From: Eledone cirrhosa
Taxonomy: Eukaryota
Length of the DNA stretch: 64,000 nucleotides
Reading direction: 5' to 3'
Assembly: GCA_964016885.1 (NCBI GenBank)
Contig: OZ024743.1
Span: 323,020,001-323,084,000, forward strand
The translations under genes were made by a program, and so were the position numbers. Position 1 is the first letter of the stretch, and each line of letters starts with the position of its first letter. Shown one piece after another: positions 1 through 11,505 of the stretch. Under the pieces are notes generated by a model, which saw only the letters and a list, made by a program, of their open reading frames with translations, was not told where the DNA came from and did no database searches.

Positions 1-350
1 AATGTGTTATATGTAAAGTAAACCACCAGATAAACTGTAAAACTAGAAATGTAGTCTATAGCATAAGATGTACAGAGGGTACTTGCAGAAACATGACAAC
101 AAGAAGTATAGGAGAAAGAATAGACCAACACTGGGGGAATTAAAAGAACGAAAAAAAAAGGTTCAGTACTATACTAACAAACCAGACAACAACATGACAG
201 TAACATAGACAACATAGAAATTAAAATAATATCTAAACATAGAAATGACCCAGCAGATAGACAAATGAATAGAGCTTAGAAAGCTAAAGCTAAACAGAAA
301 GAATGAATGGAATAACAACAATACCCAAACAAACAATACTGACTTAAGAG
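1..350 (+). mobile_element. Degenerate 3' end of a Penelope-like element (GIY-YIG endonuclease remnant)
   Basis: Frame from nt 3 reads CVICKVNHQINCKTRNVVYSIRC..TTRSIGERIDQH*, resembling the PLE GIY-YIG pattern C..NVVY.I.C...T.R....R..EH; followed by a decayed hammerhead at ~600. Confidence 0.55.
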
Positions 351-355
351 AAATA

Positions 356-390
<35 letters not shown>

Positions 391-595
391 ATATATACAC
401 AATAACAACAAACACATACTAGTAAACTAAAATAGAATACAATAACCAAAACACAGTCACCCAAACGGGAACACACACACCAAACACTATACACACACGC
501 AAACGCATGCACAGAGTAGAAGACAAAAATTAAATATATAAATAAACCGATAAAATAAAAATGGTGTAGACATACAATACAACAGGAGGAACATA

Positions 596-650
596 ATAGT
601 ACCACTGATGATGTTGCAGATGTGCAACGAAAGACCTTTGTTAGACTATA
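596..650 (+). ncRNA. Decayed hammerhead ribozyme motif
   Basis: CTGATGA (605-611), perfect helix II GTTGCA-gatg-TGCAAC, then GAAA (629-632); helix III and helix I poorly formed. Confidence 0.45.
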
Positions 651-851
651 TATATATGTGTTTATATCTATATTATATATGTATTTTTGACCCTTGGTCA
701 GTCAATGATAAACATTGAGGACCAAATGAATTAACTGTGGAGATATAAAAGATACAGAAGCGAAAACAGTGAGTGTGTTCTGTTATTATTTCTGGCAATA
801 TTATTACAACAATATGACCCTCCCCAAGTATAACAATATATATAGGCGATA

Positions 852-964
852 CCCGCTGATGAAGCCACATAAGCCGATTGAGCATTGTTGCATAATATAT
901 GCAGACGGATGGTGCAGTGCACCGTACTGCGGCTGCATTAGTGCGACCGAAACTCGAGTCCGGG
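852..964 (+). ncRNA. Type I hammerhead ribozyme motif with long helix II insert
   Basis: Helix I CCCG/CGGG, CTGATGA (856-862), ~86-nt insert with imperfect pairing, GAAAC-TCGA-GTC (949-960) palindromic minimal helix III. Confidence 0.6.
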
Positions 965-1248
965 AACTATTATAGGCACCCGTTTTACATGTGTTGTATT
1001 AAAGCGAATAACTATGTGTATACTCTAGGAATGTATCTTACATTGCCATGAAAGATTTAACTGTGTTTACAAGAAATTTTGACCAATCCTTTTGACAACT
1101 ACAACCTTCAGAAATGCATGATTATCGCATGCCCATATAAGGAATTACCCCTTGAAAAGTTTGACTATTACCACGCTAAAAATCTAATTTAGTCCAGAAA
1201 TAACCCTCGAAACGGCTTGATGTCTGCCGTCGGGGTCCTGAACATTTT

Positions 1249-1250
<2 letters not shown>

Positions 1251-1334
<84 letters not shown>
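1251..1334. repeat. (TA)n microsatellite
   Basis: Pure TA run directly abutting the 5'-truncated PLE. Confidence 0.95.
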
Positions 1335-1338
<4 letters not shown>

Positions 1339-3420
1339 ACTACATACAACAACTTCATTCGAAAAGAATTACATAAAAAATATAGAAAAACGAATGAAGT
1401 AACTCTTAAGCACATCAATGATGAGGCATGCGAAATAGTGAAAAATCTCGGAATCGAAGATAGGACAGGACCATTCTTACGGGCGGTACCCACCTTCAAT
1501 CTTAAGGACCATAAGGTAAACTTTGATAATGACCCTAAAATTAGATTAATTTGCCCCTCTAAATCGGATATAGGTAAAATAAGCAAATATATCTTAGATA
1601 GAATCATCCCCCAAATTAAGGCTAAGGTTAACATTAAACTCTGGGGGAAGACCCAAGAAGCAATAAAATGGTTTAATAGCATTAGCAATAAGAATAAATC
1701 TAAGTTTATCCAGTTTGATATCGACGAATATTACTCATCGATATCACCTGAAACTTTGAAGTTTGCTAAGGATAACTCTGACCTTACAAACGATGAAATT
1801 AAGATTATATTAGAAGCTAGGAAAACTATAGTCAAATTTGAGAACAGTTATTGGGTTCGTAAAGATAGACCCTGTAACTTTGACATAACAATGGGCTCTA
1901 ACGATTCGGCGGAAATAACTGATATTGTGGGGTTATTTATCGTCTTTAGACTCCAGGAAAAATTCAGCAATCTCCACGGTGGAATATACCGCGACGATGT
2001 TCTCCTAGTTAAAAACCTAAATAACCAAAAACTAGAAAAACTACGCAAAGATATAAGAAAACTACTACTCGAAATAGGACTAACTATAACATATGAATAC
2101 AACCTTAAAGTAGTTAACTTCCTGGATGTCACACTCAATTTAAACTCTGGTCTGATTAAACCGTTTCATAAATTGAATGAAAATCTCAAGTACGTAAATG
2201 TTGGGTCTAACCACCCCATCTCTATAATTAAATCTATCCCTAAAAATATTTCCCTTAGAATCTCGGGTCTATCTTCTAACATACAAGTATTTAAGGAACA
2301 CGCTGAGTACTACGATAACGCCCTTAGTAAAGCAGGCTACCTCAACAAAATAGAGTATATAGATGAGAACAATCAAAACACCCAAAATAAATCCCACATA
2401 GGTAGATATAATAACACAATACCAAACCACACTTACTACCATAGTATACACACCAGTAAACCAACAAACAAAACTAATAGAAAGCGATGCAAAGAGTACT
2501 TATGGTATAACCCTGAAAACAATAGTTCCATTAGTACAAATTTACCAGTACTCTTCTTTAAAATAATTAAGAGACATTTTCCTACATCACACAAATACCA
2601 CAAAATCCTAAACCCTACCTCTATAAGACTGTCATACTCTACAGCGTTAAACCTTGAACAACACATAAAAAAGATCAATACTAGAAGGTTAAACGAAAAT
2701 ACTAAAAACTTAAGTACAAAGAACACAAAAAAAAACAGTAGACAATACACTACAGAACATAAATAAACCACACCTAAGTTCGTCCGCAATACTACTCCAG
2801 AGAAAACCCAACGTACACAACTGTAACTGCACCTATCCTGACAACTGCCCCCTCAGCAATAACTGCCTGGAAAAAAATATCATTTATAAGTGTACCATTA
2901 AATCTGGAGGCAACGAGTGGTATTACGTGGGATCAACGGCAACGTCGTTTAAATCTCGATTATAAAACACCAGAGCCAAAGAAATGTAGCAACTTTAGCA
3001 GAAAAAGCTTGAACGCTCAGGGATAGCGATCAAAAGTTTACCCTAAAATGGGAGAAATTAGCTAAAACCCAAAGCTTTTCCAGGAGCCAAAATTTCTGCA
3101 AATTGTGTAATCTTGAGATTTATTACATAATCACACACAAGAAGAAATTGCTTAATAAACAGAATTGAACGAACATTATTCTGCCGTTACCGAACTAAAA
3201 CCCTTTTTTCCACTACAAGCTGAATATTACATAAAAGAGCCCCCCCCCCCCCCCCAACTATATAAACCTCAATCTAGTTAGAAAAATATAAAAACAATCT
3301 CTTCTCAACATATATATGTATATTAATAACCTTAAATTACCACACTAATAATGGAAAGATATGCTGATGAGAATAGGTGCGAGTATGCTATAATGAATGT
3401 GTCTAAAAGCGACCATATGT
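1335..3420 (+). mobile_element. Penelope-like retroelement (Naiad-type RT + GIY-YIG), 5'-truncated and disrupted
   Basis: ORF 1438-2766 has QFDIDEYY, FDITMGSNDSAE, GIYRDD, VNFLDVTLNL, SNHP, LWYNP; a downstream frame (~2822 on) reads CNCTYPDNCPLSNNCLEKNIIYKC..YYVGST..FKSR, and later CKLCNLE..I..LLNK; frameshifts and stops present. Confidence 0.88.
3359..3418 (+). ncRNA. Decayed hammerhead motif at PLE 3' end
   Basis: ATATG-CTGATGA ... CATAT helix I closure; GAAAC/GTC part mutated (aaaagcgac). Confidence 0.3.
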
Positions 3421-3511
3421 ATGTATATATATGTAAAAATGTATATAAATAAGTAAATATATATATGTTTGATGTGTATAGTTAGATGTAAGTGTATTCA
3501 TGTATTAAAGT

Positions 3512-3566
<55 letters not shown>

Positions 3567-4087
3567 GACAGGAGTATGTATGTATATATGTGTGTGTCTA
3601 TACGTGTGTATATAAAGATAAGTTGAGTATGAAAATGTATACACATGAATGCGTATGTATGTACATATATATATGTATATATATGTATATATATATATGT
3701 ACATGTGTATATGTATGTAAGTATGAGCATGTAAATATGTGTATGTGAGTATATGTATTTTGTAGAGGTGTGCATATATGTTTGTGTGAATGCGTGGGCG
3801 AAAGGATACGTATACTTGAAAGAAAAATTTAAGTCTGAATGTTAATTAAGTGCAAACACAAAACCAACCATGCATATCTATACTATCTCTAATCCTTCTA
3901 TAGATTTAGAAAAATAATCAATAATATATTCTAAAAAAATGTCAAAACAACAGATGGGAATCTAATTACTCACTGCCACCAAAAATGCTCACTGCTATCA
4001 AAAAACCACTCCCTCAACTATTCTTCTAACAACTTCACCCCTCCCTCCTAATATTCTCTATAAAAACCAAACAGGTCCTCAATAAAA

Positions 4088-4208
4088 TTATTCTGATGAG
4101 ATGACAGTTGATAATAACATTGAAATATTGAATGTCTGCATAACTAATACTTTGTAGATAGCAGCTGTTTTCAGGTTATGTAACTGTTATTGAAACACGT
4201 GTCAATAA
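4088..4208 (+). ncRNA. Type I hammerhead ribozyme with 92-nt helix II domain
   Basis: Helix I TTATT/AATAA; CTGATGA 4093-4099; helix II base GATGACAGTT/AACTGTTATT; GAAAC-ACGT-GTC 4192-4203; predicted cleavage after GUC at 4203. Confidence 0.75.
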
Positions 4209-4242
4209 ATTCCTTTTAACTAAACTGTATCCATTTAAATCC

Positions 4243-4299
<57 letters not shown>

Positions 4300-4429
4300 T
4301 TAGTTAAGCAAAACAAGACCACAAATTTCACAAGGAAGACATTATTAAAAGATTGTCAACATATTTAGTTTGATGTAAGGAATGTAGAGAATAAGAATAA
4401 TAATAATAATATTAATAATAATAATGCCC

Positions 4430-4550
4430 GCTTACAATTGTTTCGCTACTCCGTATAATATTTCTGGATCAGATGACTATGTATCATAATTGATCTGGTT
4501 CAGTTGAAAATAATTAACATATTTAAAAAAACAGAGTGGCTCATCGGAAC
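4430..4550 (-). ncRNA. Hammerhead motif with long helix II (core U4 mutated to C)
   Basis: Minus strand: CCGATGA, helix II GCCACTCTG/CGGAGTAGC, GAAAC-AATT-GTA; short helix I. Confidence 0.55.
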
Positions 4551-4808
4551 TCAAAGGAATATAAATTAAAATAATGTTACATAATATAATGTTCCATATA
4601 TTAGTTTTTACTATGGTGCCTTTGTTTCATCAGCTGTCAGCCATAATCAAGCAGTACTCATCTGTCGAGGCTGCATTGTGTGAGATCTGCCTATGGGTAA
4701 CAAGATGGCTGCCAAAGGGCATATTTACCTTACTAATTAGAGGGTGGTTTCAGGGGAAGTAACTTCTCGAGAGATTAGAGATTGTGTGTATTTTATAGTT
4801 ATGTGCTA

Positions 4809-4810
<2 letters not shown>

Positions 4811-4900
<90 letters not shown>
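4811..4900. repeat. (TA)n microsatellite
   Basis: Direct reading. Confidence 0.95.
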
Positions 4901-4901
<1 letters not shown>

Positions 4902-7418
4902 CTAGCAGAAGTACCCGGCGTTGCCCGGGTGTAAGTCGACCTTTGGTCTGTTAGAATGTGTGAAAGTTACTTCCCGCGCATCACAGGTTCAAAACTTCGA
5001 ACTTCAATGAAAAAAAATAGGTTAGTAGACACAGGTGTGTAATTTATTAATTGTAGTTACAGTGTATCGTTGAAATTGTTCTCTGCACGACTGACGGAAG
5101 TCAAAATCGCTTGATATTGAATGTTCAGTTAATTTAAAGCAGGGTGAAAATGTCGATTACTTTCAGGTTTTTTTTTTTTTACAATTTTTGCGCTCACATG
5201 TGCAGAAGAAGAATTAAAAGGGCCTTTATCTTAACCGCGGCATAATGGCGAGTCTTTTGTGACAGTTTTCAAGAATATAGGACGTTCCTGTAAAAAGTTT
5301 TCCCATGTGTAACTTTGCCTTGTTTTTTTGCGCAAAGTCGAGCCCCGCTTCAGTTTTATTGATTTTTTTACATCAATGCGTGATCTCTGAAGTAGATTTG
5401 AGTAGCTAAAAACCTGTCCCGGTAAATTTGCTATAGGTGAAAAAAAGTTGATCAAAATTGTATCTCGGGTTATTGCCCTTTGCCACTGCCTCTAGCCTCG
5501 TCTGACGGGATGTTGGTGATTCCTCCGTCAGCGCTTGTTGGCGACGAAGGCGAACATCAGCAAGCCTTGTCGTACGTGATGTTGGTGACTCAACCAGCCG
5601 GGAAAGACGTCTATCAGCGAGTCGAGATTCGCGTTCAGCAGGTGTTTCCTAGAGAAAATTAATTAATTCTACTGGTTAGCTAAGCCAATGGCAGTGTCAA
5701 TAGTAAATGAGAAAAGTCTAACATGAACAAAAGGGAATCACGGTAAGACAATAAATTTAATATAACTAAGATTAGAATGTTGTAGTTGCTTAAAAGTGGT
5801 CACAGTTAGGATAAACGCAGTACTTGCTAACATTAAGGGAGAATATTGCATAAAGGATTAATCAATTGTGAATGAACTCATACCTGAGAACGCCTAATTC
5901 GTTGTCTCAAAGCAGTAGCTGTACCTTTTTTGGAGGTAAGTCTTGAACGTTTCCGTGTGGGCATAACGACGTGTAACGAAACTGTTAGGTTAGAGAGAGG
6001 TGATTAAATACAGAGAGAGATGACACCAGATTCGTTAGCATGGTTACTGGTGAATGGGAAGGTTTGGAAATATGATTACAATAACTTACCGAATTTCCCG
6101 GTCTATAAATTGCACTTAAAATAATTAAATTTAATCAAAAAACAGCTCTGCGCTTTATACTCCGGTGAGCCTTATGTATAAATAATACAATGGTAATCAA
6201 TCACGGCTCTAACAGAAGTAATAGATCTAGACTAAAAGTAAAGAAGATAGCATTTTCCTGGTTGGCCTTACACGCCGTTGCGCGGACCTGATTTTAAATG
6301 ATACGCCTTATATCCTGGTGAGCCTTATAGAGCGGAAAATATCTATTGGAAAAGAATACGAATTCATGACCAAGGTGTGACAAAATAGGCGTCTATACAG
6401 CGCCTGAAACAAACTTGTCCAAAACCCTAGGATTTTTCTCGTTAAGTATCCACCCAAAAGGAACCGTTTTTTAGTTACAAAAAGTAACCAAAGTGTATAG
6501 TAGCTATATTTCTGACATATCATGCCAAAAAGAACAATATATTCAAAAAATGTTCTAAAGTACATTCAATCTCTCTTTTTGACCGATATCTTAATAAGCA
6601 AGTTATCGATTTTTTATTGGCTGTCAGTGTCTATCTGCATGCAGGTGTGCACGTGTGCGCAATTAATTGCAAATACGCTCATAACATTTAGTCGTAAGCA
6701 GAACAAAAAATGCCATTAGAGGTGGGCTAATAATGAAGACACAAACCCTGGTGAACTTACGTTTAAACACCCGAAAAGTTACTCACTTCCTGTGCAAAAG
6801 ACTGTATTATAAATTAAGTAATTGTTTAGAATCTTTTGTTTAAAAAAGGAAAACATTGGTACGACATAACATTTTTTACAACTTTGTATGTGTACAATAC
6901 AACTTGGTCAACGCATTATTTAGTAATTTTTTTTTTCAAAAAGCATGATTATTTAAGACTGTTTGAAAATTTACTCACAGCTTTTAGCATCACAAAAGAC
7001 ACCATTAAATTTGGTTCCCTTTTCAGATAGGGATAATACTGTATTTCCACTTGAATAAGGTGGAATATGAAAATATAAACTCTTTAATGGTCGGTCGTTT
7101 ACTGAGACAGCTGGGAAGACATGCAGCTGGCCGTCCAATCAATAACGCACGTCCTTATATGGGCATATGAAATTTATTTTTATTGCGCCAGATGTAAACT
7201 AAGAGTTCTTGTGTTCGAATTCACATAAAATTTCATTGGAATCGAAAAACATTCTGTCATAGGGCCCGATTATCGATTTTTCGAAAATTTCAAGTAGCCT
7301 ATTCCACTCTACGCGTTGATTTTTATATATGTGTGAGGTTTCATGAAAATTGGATGAACGGTGTAGCATGCAAGTTGGGAACACCAAACAATGTCCATCT
7401 TCCCTTTATATATATAGA
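4902..7418 (-). mobile_element. Non-autonomous Helitron
   Basis: Minus strand begins TC (tctatatatataaagg at 7418), ends with GC hairpin CCCGGGCAACGCCGGG followed by CTAG (4902-4905), sits between A and T with no TSD; internal LPGQVFSY resembles a Helitron helicase C-terminal motif remnant. Confidence 0.75.
6086..6342. mobile_element. Degenerate pogo/Tigger-like MITE nested in the Helitron
   Basis: Ends taccgaatttcccggtctataa ... ttatagagcggaaaata form an imperfect TIR; repeated ggtgagccttat subterminal motif. Confidence 0.4.
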
Positions 7419-7426
7419 TATATATA

Positions 7427-7695
7427 CAGGGGCCTCGTTTGCCTTAAAAAATGTGAGGGGGACAAACCAACATTTGTTGATTCTTAAAGGAGCATAAATT
7501 ACTTATAGTGCCTTTCCTGGACCCTATCACAAGTAAAATTTTACGGTAATTAAATTTAATATGTTCAAATGAAGTTCAGATATAAAAAAATAAGCTTAAA
7601 AAGAATTTATTATATCAAATAAACCAAAAATAAAACATAGACGTTTGAAAAAATGAGGGTACCCCCCCCCCCCCCCCGCCTAAAACAAGGCCCTT
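7427..7695. mobile_element. Short MITE-like element
   Basis: Imperfect TIRs gggcctcgttt / aaacaaggccc within TA runs. Confidence 0.35.
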
Positions 7696-7974
7696 ATATA
7701 TATATATATATACAATAAAGTATGTCCATAGAATCATTTGATAAAATATATACATTACTTCCTCTCCCAATCAGCATAATCAACCACACAAAAAAACCAA
7801 TTAACTAAGGCTATAAGATTAAAAGACACCTATGAAGAAATAATAGATAAATAAACGACAGCTATCTATCCGCGATCAACAGCTATAGAATATTTACCCA
7901 CCATTTCTAATAGCACGTGGAAATCGATTAAATATATCGTCAACCATACACAATTAGGTATAAAATCAAAGTTA

Positions 7975-10900
7975 GAAAATGAGGAAGGCTTCAGAATCCT
8001 GGAATTCTGTGACGCCAATAACCTAACTATCTGTAACACAAACTTCAAAAACGTGAAAACCACTTGATCACCTATAGATCAGGGGAACCCGCCAGCCAGA
8101 TAGATTATATCCTTACTAGAAGATGGGACAAAGTGTCTGTTGTAAACACTAAATCCCTCCCCCGTGAAGAATGCACCTCCCAATATAACCTAGTAGTTAG
8201 TGACCTCACAGTCAGGAATAGACGTACTCAACGACAGAGGAGGCCTACCTTGAGGAGAAGAATATGGAAGTCGAAGGACCCCATAGCCAGTAACAAATTA
8301 AAAAGCTTATTACTTGATGCCTTTGACAATAAGGAAGAGCAATTAGAGACGTGCGATATAGAGGAACAGTGTCAATTCTTGAAAGTGAACCTGCTGAAAG
8401 CAACGGATGAAATCTGTGGCTGGAGCAGACCTATTGGCAGGAGGAGAGTAACTTGGTGGTGGAACAGTAATGTAGAAGAGACAATCAAGGCCAAAAAGCA
8501 GGCTTGGAAAGTATGACAGGATGGGAGAAGTAGAGAGCACTATCAAGTGGCCAGGAGAAAAGCTAGGAGACAAGTGTACCTTGCAAAAAGGGAAGCAGAG
8601 GAAAGAAAGTTCAAGCATGTTCTACAATGTGAGGACCAAAAACGCCAGGTGTTCAGGGTTGCTAGACAATGTGTCAAGGAAAACCGTGATATTGTCGGGG
8701 AGAAGTGTGTCCGTAATGATAACGGTGTACTTGCCCTCACTGATGCTGATAAGAAGATAGCCTGGAAGTGTCACTACGAGAGACTATTAAATGAGGAGAA
8801 TAAGTGGGAAAAAGATAGTCTGCCCTAAATCGATCCAATAGAAGGACCAGTGGTGCAAGTTAAAGGTAGTATAATAAGTAAGGCAATCAAAGATATTAAG
8901 ACAGGCAAGGCAGCTGGGTCTTCGGAGATAGTTACTGAGATGTTGAAGGCTTCTGGTATGGTGGGACACACTATGGTCACCCGTATAGTTAACCAAGTAA
9001 TACAGAATGGGGTCATACCGAAAGACTGGCGTAGCAGCATCATCATTAACTGCTACAAAGGTAAAGGAGATGCTCTAGATAGAGGAAACTATAGAGACAT
9101 TAAGTTAGTTGACCAGGTCATGAGGGTCACAGAAAGAGTTATAGCGCAACTAATCAGAGAGCGAATTGATCTAGATGAAATGCAGTTTGGGTTTGTGTCA
9201 GATAAAAGTACCACAGACGCTCTTTTCCTTGTACGACAACTACAAGAGAAGTACCTAGCTAAAAGTAAACCCCTCTACTTACCTTTTGTAGACCTGCCGT
9301 CGACAGAGTCCTCCGCTCCATTATCTGGTGGGCTCTTAGAAAACTAGGTGTAGATCAATGGCTTGTGAGAGCTATACAAGCTATGTATAATGAAGCAGTC
9401 AGTAAGGTTAACAATGAATATTGTGAAGAATTTAGTGTAAAAGTTGGTGTTCACCAAGGCTCTGTCCTTAGCCCCCTCCTATTTATTATTGCCCTTCAGG
9501 CTATAACAGAGGAGTTCAAGACCGGCTGCCCATGGGAACTCCTACACGCAGATGATCTAACATTTATAGCTGAATCAATGGCTGAACTAGAAAAGAAATT
9601 CCAAACATGGAAGCATGGCCTAGAATCAAAAGGCCTTAAAGTTAACTTGTCTAAGACTAAGTTTGTAGAAAGGAAAATAAGGGACAGGTACCCTCATGGA
9701 AATGGCCTTGCTCAGTGTGTAGGAAAGGAGTAGGGCAGAAATTCCATTGTATGTCCCAAATGCAAAGTATGGGTACATACAAAATGTAGTGAGATCACAG
9801 GTAAACTATCTAAGAACGTAGACTTTATATGTGGCCGATGCTCAGGTGCAATAGGTAGCAAGTGTCCCCAGGATACTAGCCCCTTCTATTGCCCAGATGG
9901 TTCTATAGAAATAGTAGACACTTTCCGTTACCTGGGTGACGAAATCAGCAGTGGTGGAGGGTGTTCTGAAAGTACAGTAGCCAGAGTCAGAACGGGATGG
10001 AAAAAGTTCAGAGAGCTTATACCGCTGTTGGTCACAAAAGTTTTATCTCTAAAAATGAAAGGCAGATTGTATGATGCCTGTATACGAACAGCAATGCTAC
10101 ATGGCAGTGAGACATGGGCATTGAGTGCAGAGGACCTGTGCAGACTGGAAAGGAACGAAGCATGCATGCTCCATTGGATGTGTAATAGTAATATACGTGA
10201 ACGGCAAAGCATAAATGAACTAAGTGAGAAATTAGGAATAAGAGGGGTCAGATGCTGTTTACTTGAGAGAAGACTACGTTGGTATGGCCACGTGATGCGC
10301 ATGAAAGACGACAACTGTATAAAAAAAGTGCAGGGCGATCAAAATTGATAGTAGTTACGGAGTAGGTAGACCCAGAAAAACCTGAGACGATCTGATAAAT
10401 TCCGACCTTACACACTTGCACCTCTCTAAGACAATGTCACTGGACCGAGATCTTTGACGCTACGCAGTAATACAGAAGACCCACTTTGCCTATGTACAAA
10501 GCGAAACCTACAGTCAGTAGGCACCTCTTAACCAAATATACACTCTAATCCACTACCCCTACCCTATCTTCCCACTCCCACCAACACCACCCTCTCTCTA
10601 TAAAGTTGGTACCACAACATCCAGTCCAAATAAATGAGATAATTATTTCTATTTTAGGCACAAGGCCAGCAAATATCCAGTACTTTACTGGTACTTTATT
10701 TTATCGACCCCGTAAGGATGAAAGGCAAAGTTAACCTCGGCGGGTTTATGCTTCAAAGCATGGTGTCCGACTCTCTACCGATACTGCCAATCCACCGCCC
10801 GAGAAAAAACACACAGTCCACTTTGTAATGTGGTCGTGTAGGTAACACGTAAAAGGTTCACAGTTCCACATTGTAAATGTGGTTGGTGTTAGGAAGGGCA

Positions 10901-11039
10901 TCCAGCCGTAAAAAACCTGCCAGATAGTCCTATATGAGCGAGACATGGTCACCCGACCAACCTTGCCTCAAGTGGGACAACTCCCGTCTAACCCATGCTA
11001 GCGTGGAAAACGGACGTTAAACGAAGATGATGATGATGA
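7975..11039 (+). mobile_element. RTE-clade LINE copy 1 (APE C-terminus + RT + Cys-rich insert), pseudogenised
   Basis: ILEFCDANNL, TYRSG..QIDYIL, WWWN, NYRDIKL, MQFGF, GVHQGSVLSPLLF, HADDL, RRLRWYGHVMR; 3' UTR ending in (GAT)n; many stops and frameshifts. Confidence 0.92.
10643..10800 (-). mobile_element. tRNA-derived SINE family A inserted in RTE 3' UTR
   Basis: Matches the full copy at 24486-24672 (gcctttcatccttacggggtcgataaaataaagtaccag core); absent from the same UTR in RTE copy 2. Confidence 0.85.
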
Positions 11040-11071
11040 TATATATGTGTGTGTGTGTGCGTGTGTGTATG

Positions 11072-11124
<53 letters not shown>

Positions 11125-11330
11125 ATATATATGTATATATATATATAAGTGTGTGTATATATATATATATGTATATGTATACATATATACATATACATAC
11201 ACACGCACATATGTGTGTGTGTATATATATGTATATATATATATATAAGTGTGTGTATATATATATATATGTATATGTATACATATATACATATACATAC
11301 ACACGCACATATGTGTGTGTGTATATATGG

Positions 11331-11414
<84 letters not shown>

Positions 11415-11505
11415 TTATATATATATATATGCATAAATGTATCCATACACACACACATATATGTGTGTGTGTGTATATGGATACATTTATGCATATATAT
11501 ATATA
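11040..11505. repeat. Compound (TA)/(TG)/(CA) microsatellite with a 100-bp internal duplication
   Basis: Direct reading; ~11130-11230 is repeated at ~11230-11330. Confidence 0.9.

Noticed and set aside
2822-3200. Selenocysteine recoding, as reported for some Naiad elements
   Set aside because: The conserved Cys positions I could read are TGT/TGC, not TGA; the stops look like decay
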